A DNA stretch of 49,861 nt, from IMG/VR virus record IMGVR_UViG_3300020045_005736, positions 1 through 49,861 of that record; one strand, written 5' to 3'. The notes below the pieces were generated by a model, which did not search any database, was not told where the DNA came from, and was given only the letters and a program-made list of their open reading frames with translations. This DNA comes from a virus (lineage: Duplodnaviria; Caudoviricetes). Each line of letters starts with the position of its first letter. Positions within the stretch are counted from its first letter, which is position 1. The translations under genes and the position numbers were made by a program. Positions 46,675 through 49,861 of this stretch are shown here, in pieces.

Positions 46675-48219
46675 CTAGCTCTCTCCGTCCAACATTTCAG
46701 GTGTGACTATGTCAAGTTCTTCTCCTTCTTCGCTGTCTTTCTCTTCACGCGCTTGCATTTGCTCAAGATCTCTATCTACACCCTGCGTGAAGATGTTTTG
46801 GATGAAGTTGTCTGCTCTATCGTAGAGTGTTCTTACACAAGCATACTTGTCTTGAAGTCTCGTTGCTACTTCTTCTTCAATAGTGTCACGATACCACGTA
46901 AGATACATCCGGGCTGGGGAGATATTATCAATCCGTTGCGTCCGGCCAAGAAATTGGAGAAATTCATATACACTCCAGCAGGGTGGCATGATTGAAGTTC
47001 TAGGATAAGAATTAACATCATTGTGTTGAAGATTAAGCCCTGTCCCACCACTCTTAAGCGTTGTGAGAAAGTAGCGTGTCCGTCCTATCGCAAAGTCATC
47101 AATACTCTTTTGCTTATTCTTGTCATTCATCGTTCCATAAAGACGACTTATCTCACTCTCCCTTACTCCCATTTTAAGGAGCCACTTCTCCACACTCTCT
47201 AATGTTGCGATGAAGTTGCTAGGGATAATAACAGATTGACCATGAGTTTCTTTGACGTATTTTGCACAGATAGCTAATTCATCTGCGCGAAGAAGTTCAC
47301 TACACATTTGAAACTCCCTCATTGCGTTCCATTTCTCCACAACTGGATTAGCTATGTCTGGTTTTCCCGCATTACGACGACGTTCGATGAATCTATCGTA
47401 TGCTTTGTTGTAAATTATCTTCTTAGGTGAACTAAGGTCAAACAGCTTGTTTTCTAGTATGGGCTTGAAAGGATAGCGGACATTCTTTACTTGGATATAT
47501 TTGTTCTTCCCTTCAAGAAGTTCCTTTATCCTCTCGCATGCACGGGGAGAATTATCGGTCGGACCCGATGGGGAAACTTGCCAAGCAAAAGATTCAAATT
47601 CACTCGAAGTGTGGATAAGTCCTGCGGAGTAGCAAATATGTTTTGCCTCAGATGCTTTCTGATACGGTGTTGCACTCATGTTCACAACACGTCCAAGTCT
47701 TGCCTTAAGAAACTCTTCTATCACCTTACTTCGTTGTGAGTTTGGATTCTTAAGATATTGAACTTCATCACAAATGATTAGGTCCGGGGCGAAATCAGTG
47801 TTCCATTCTGGGATAATATGTTCGGTTCCAAGGGTGATTACTGTTTTCCAATCAATATACATTTCACCCAAGCTACTCCTTAGTGAGTCATAACTTGTGA
47901 CAAGACAGTTTACTACTCCTTGGCGACGAAGAACTCGCTCGGTTTGAACTATCGCATTACGAGGAACGAGGATAAATACCGGATAAGTTTGGAAGGGTCG
48001 TTCTGGATTACACTCTTTGTATAGACCATCATCTTGAGCACGTTTTAGTGCTTCAGCGAGAATAATAGTCTTTCCACTTCCCGTTCCACCTTGAATAAGG
48101 GGAGCACCGTCATCATAACTTTGCTTCAGATATTTCTCTAGAGAAATTATTGGTTCTAGTTGAAACTTCTTAGGCGTATATGCTAAGATTGGTCGTTGGG
48201 GAATTGTTGAAGTACTCAT
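46675..48219 (-). CDS. Superfamily 2 helicase
   Basis: GGTGSGKT, DEVQ, SATP, GGTGLNL, QFLGRTQR. Confidence 0.85.
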   Translation of the reverse strand: MSTSTIPQRPILAYTPKKFQLEPIISLEKYLKQSYDDGAPLIQGGTGSGKTIILAEALKRAQDDGLYKECNPERPFQTYPVFILVPRNAIVQTERVLRRQGVVNCLVTSYDSLRSSLGEMYIDWKTVITLGTEHIIPEWNTDFAPDLIICDEVQYLKNPNSQRSKVIEEFLKARLGRVVNMSATPYQKASEAKHICYSAGLIHTSSEFESFAWQVSPSGPTDNSPRACERIKELLEGKNKYIQVKNVRYPFKPILENKLFDLSSPKKIIYNKAYDRFIERRRNAGKPDIANPVVEKWNAMREFQMCSELLRADELAICAKYVKETHGQSVIIPSNFIATLESVEKWLLKMGVRESEISRLYGTMNDKNKQKSIDDFAIGRTRYFLTTLKSGGTGLNLQHNDVNSYPRTSIMPPCWSVYEFLQFLGRTQRIDNISPARMYLTWYRDTIEEEVATRLQDKYACVRTLYDRADNFIQNIFTQGVDRDLEQMQAREEKDSEEGEELDIVTPEMLDGES

Positions 48220-48234
48220 AAAGAGTAAGGAAAA

Positions 48235-48351
48235 TTATGTTGCACAAAAGAGAAGCCCAATAAGTCCTAATCCTAAAAGAGCCAAGGCAGCTCCGATTAA
48301 GAATGTAAAGATGAAGTCTTGTGGAGTGGGTCGCCAGTCGTTGTTTTGCAT
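48235..48351 (-). CDS. 38-aa single-TM peptide (not in ORF track)
   Basis: MQNNDWRPTPQDFIFTFLIGAALALLGLGLIGLLFCAT*. Confidence 0.5.
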   Translation of the reverse strand: MQNNDWRPTPQDFIFTFLIGAALALLGLGLIGLLFCAT

Positions 48352-48383
48352 AGATTTACTTTCTTTCTTTCTTTCTTTCTTTG

Positions 48384-48908
48384 TTATTCTCCCTTATCTA
48401 GGAGTAAATCAAATCCAAACGCTTTACGATACTTGAGGTCAATCTCATTTGTTTTACGAGTGATTTTCTCCTCAAGTGTATCAGGGTCAAAGTCACGTAT
48501 TTCTTCAATTCGTGGCGTAATAGCATTTACAACAATCTTTATCGCCTCGCTCTTTTGTTTCCCCTTTGCAATTAACCACTCAATCGCCTTGTTTCTCTTC
48601 TCCTCAAACTCCGTGTGTTTTTGCGTTTCGAGGAAATTCACAAAGGTTTTTTCCGCCGCCTCTTTGTTACGACGTTCAATCACTCCGGCGGAGTTTGCTT
48701 TATATTCTTCAAGTTTCCACAATTGCCAAAGTCCACTAAAGCTATTGTCTAAGTGATTGATTGGTTCGAGCTTTACTATCTCACTCCAACCTTCTTGCCC
48801 CATTATCTCTTTCGCTCGATTGTCATCTATCGTCGCGAACATCACGTTACGACCTTTAAGTGACGAGAAGTATTCTGCGAGAGATATAGTTATTTTAAGT
48901 CTTTCCAT
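48384..48908 (-). CDS. Hypothetical protein, first gene of the leftward operon
   Basis: 174-aa ORF. Confidence 0.6.
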   Translation of the reverse strand: MERLKITISLAEYFSSLKGRNVMFATIDDNRAKEIMGQEGWSEIVKLEPINHLDNSFSGLWQLWKLEEYKANSAGVIERRNKEAAEKTFVNFLETQKHTEFEEKRNKAIEWLIAKGKQKSEAIKIVVNAITPRIEEIRDFDPDTLEEKITRKTNEIDLKYRKAFGFDLLLDKGE

Positions 48909-49065
48909 AGATTTGTTATCTTTATTGAATTGAATTATTTGTGACTACGGTATCGTCCAGCGGCTTCGCCGCCGAGAGGGGAGTTATTCTTTGTTCGCTC
49001 GCCTCGCCTATAGGTGTAGGCGCGCCGCTCCCTAGCGTATCGGGACAGGGTAGGTTCATATCGGG

Positions 49066-49093
49066 AGTCTATACGACCGTTGCGAGCCGTCAA
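49066..49093 (-). promoter_or_regulatory. Candidate sigma70 promoter, leftward
   Basis: TTGACG-N16-TAGACT. Confidence 0.45.
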
Positions 49094-49174
49094 GCGGGAA
49101 TCGTAGCCTAATCGACGACATAAGCGGGGCTGATGGTCTAATGATGAAAATGAGTTGAACTGATAGGGGAAGGG

Positions 49175-49191
49175 AGCAAGTCGCGTGCCAA
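49175..49191 (-). promoter_or_regulatory. sigma54 (-24/-12) promoter heading the leftward operon
   Basis: TTGGCACGCGACTTGCT, essentially consensus, intergenic. Confidence 0.85.
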
Positions 49192-49217
49192 TCGGGACGG
49201 GGGAAGAAACATTTAGG

Positions 49218-49257
49218 GAGTAGAAATCTTCTGCTTTTGTTTGACAGATTTCTACTC
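49218..49257. promoter_or_regulatory. 12-bp perfect inverted repeat (operator/UAS candidate)
   Basis: GAGTAGAAATCT-N16-AGATTTCTACTC, overlapping the rightward sigma70 promoter. Confidence 0.65.
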
Positions 49258-49269
49258 AACATCTATCTT
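49241..49269 (+). promoter_or_regulatory. sigma70 promoter, rightward
   Basis: TTGACA-N17-TATCTT upstream of ATG 49337. Confidence 0.75.
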
Positions 49270-49336
49270 CCTTTCATCGGCCAGCATTAACAAAGGTGCG
49301 ATTCAACATCGACACCGCTGGAAACGAGACAGACAT

Positions 49337-49861
49337 ATGAACACAACAACGACCGAAACGACCGCCGCCAAAAGTGACAACCGGGGCAAGGTCACAAAGA
49401 CAGTAACTCCCTTCGATTCCGCAATTGAGCGCAACGGGGTCACGGTGAAGCTCACCGCAATCCCCTATCTACGCGGTGGCACGAAGGAAGATAGCAACGG
49501 GAAGGAGATATTCGTTGCCGGTTACTTGGGTATTGTCCCTGCCCTTGCGAACGAATCGACTTGTTTCGCTACTCTCGCAAAGCTCGTTGCAAGGGACAAA
49601 GACAAAGAGAAGGGAGAAGAATGGATTGAACTTCTTTTTCGTCAATACATGATTGAGAGTGTGAACCATGAATATTTCCGTCCCGCTTGGATTGAAGCTT
49701 CTAAGGGATTCGCCCCCGATGCGACACTTAGTGAACAAGACAAAAAGCTAATCACCGCGCGATTCAACACTGAATTGCAGAATACGATTGAAAGTGTCAG
49801 AGGCGAGCGGGAGCAAAACTCCGGTCAAATCCAAAAGAAACTTCTCAAAGTTCAAGAAATA
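49337..49861 (+). CDS. Hypothetical early protein, 3'-truncated (not in ORF track)
   Basis: MNTTTTETTAAKSDNRGK... open to the window end. Confidence 0.7.
   Translation, partial: MNTTTTETTAAKSDNRGKVTKTVTPFDSAIERNGVTVKLTAIPYLRGGTKEDSNGKEIFVAGYLGIVPALANESTCFATLAKLVARDKDKEKGEEWIELLFRQYMIESVNHEYFRPAWIEASKGFAPDATLSEQDKKLITARFNTELQNTIESVRGEREQNSGQIQKKLLKVQEI

Noticed and set aside
49218-49257. TTTCTACT/GTAGA resemblance to Cas12a CRISPR repeats (also near 32570, 33682, 43287)
   Set aside because: No regularly spaced repeat-spacer array and no cas genes; better explained as inverted repeats.
1-49861. Stop-codon recoding, integrase, terminase, phage RNA polymerase, reverse transcriptase/DGR
   Set aside because: Genes are intact in the standard code and no such motifs were seen; terminase probably lies upstream of the portal, outside the window.

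Overview
About 50 kb of a tailed dsDNA phage genome with podovirus-like (T7/P22-type) virion gene order. The + strand arm (1-24463) holds portal, scaffold, major capsid, several signal-peptide-bearing TN-rich fibre/spike-like proteins, tail tube proteins and three ejection proteins, including a 1891-aa polyvalent protein with HExxH and ART-like modules. The converging - strand arm (24467-48908) holds replication, recombination and nucleotide-metabolism genes (UDG-like-PolA, helicases, Sak4-like ATPase, PD-(D/E)XK nuclease, MazG-like, two HNH nucleases), an Acb2/Tad1-like protein and many small ORFs. A divergent control region lies at about 48950-49340. Main finding: the phage encodes a truncated (AAA+-only) sigma54 enhancer-binding activator (43344-44144), and four near-consensus sigma54 -24/-12 promoters (TGGCAC-N5-T[T/A]GC) lie correctly oriented at heads of gene blocks, including just upstream of the major capsid gene. 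This suggests a phage transcription programme run through host sigma54. Also notable: a tRNA-like RNA with a ~174-nt structured insert, and apparently secreted structural-module proteins. All protein calls come from motif recognition and gene order; no database search was run.
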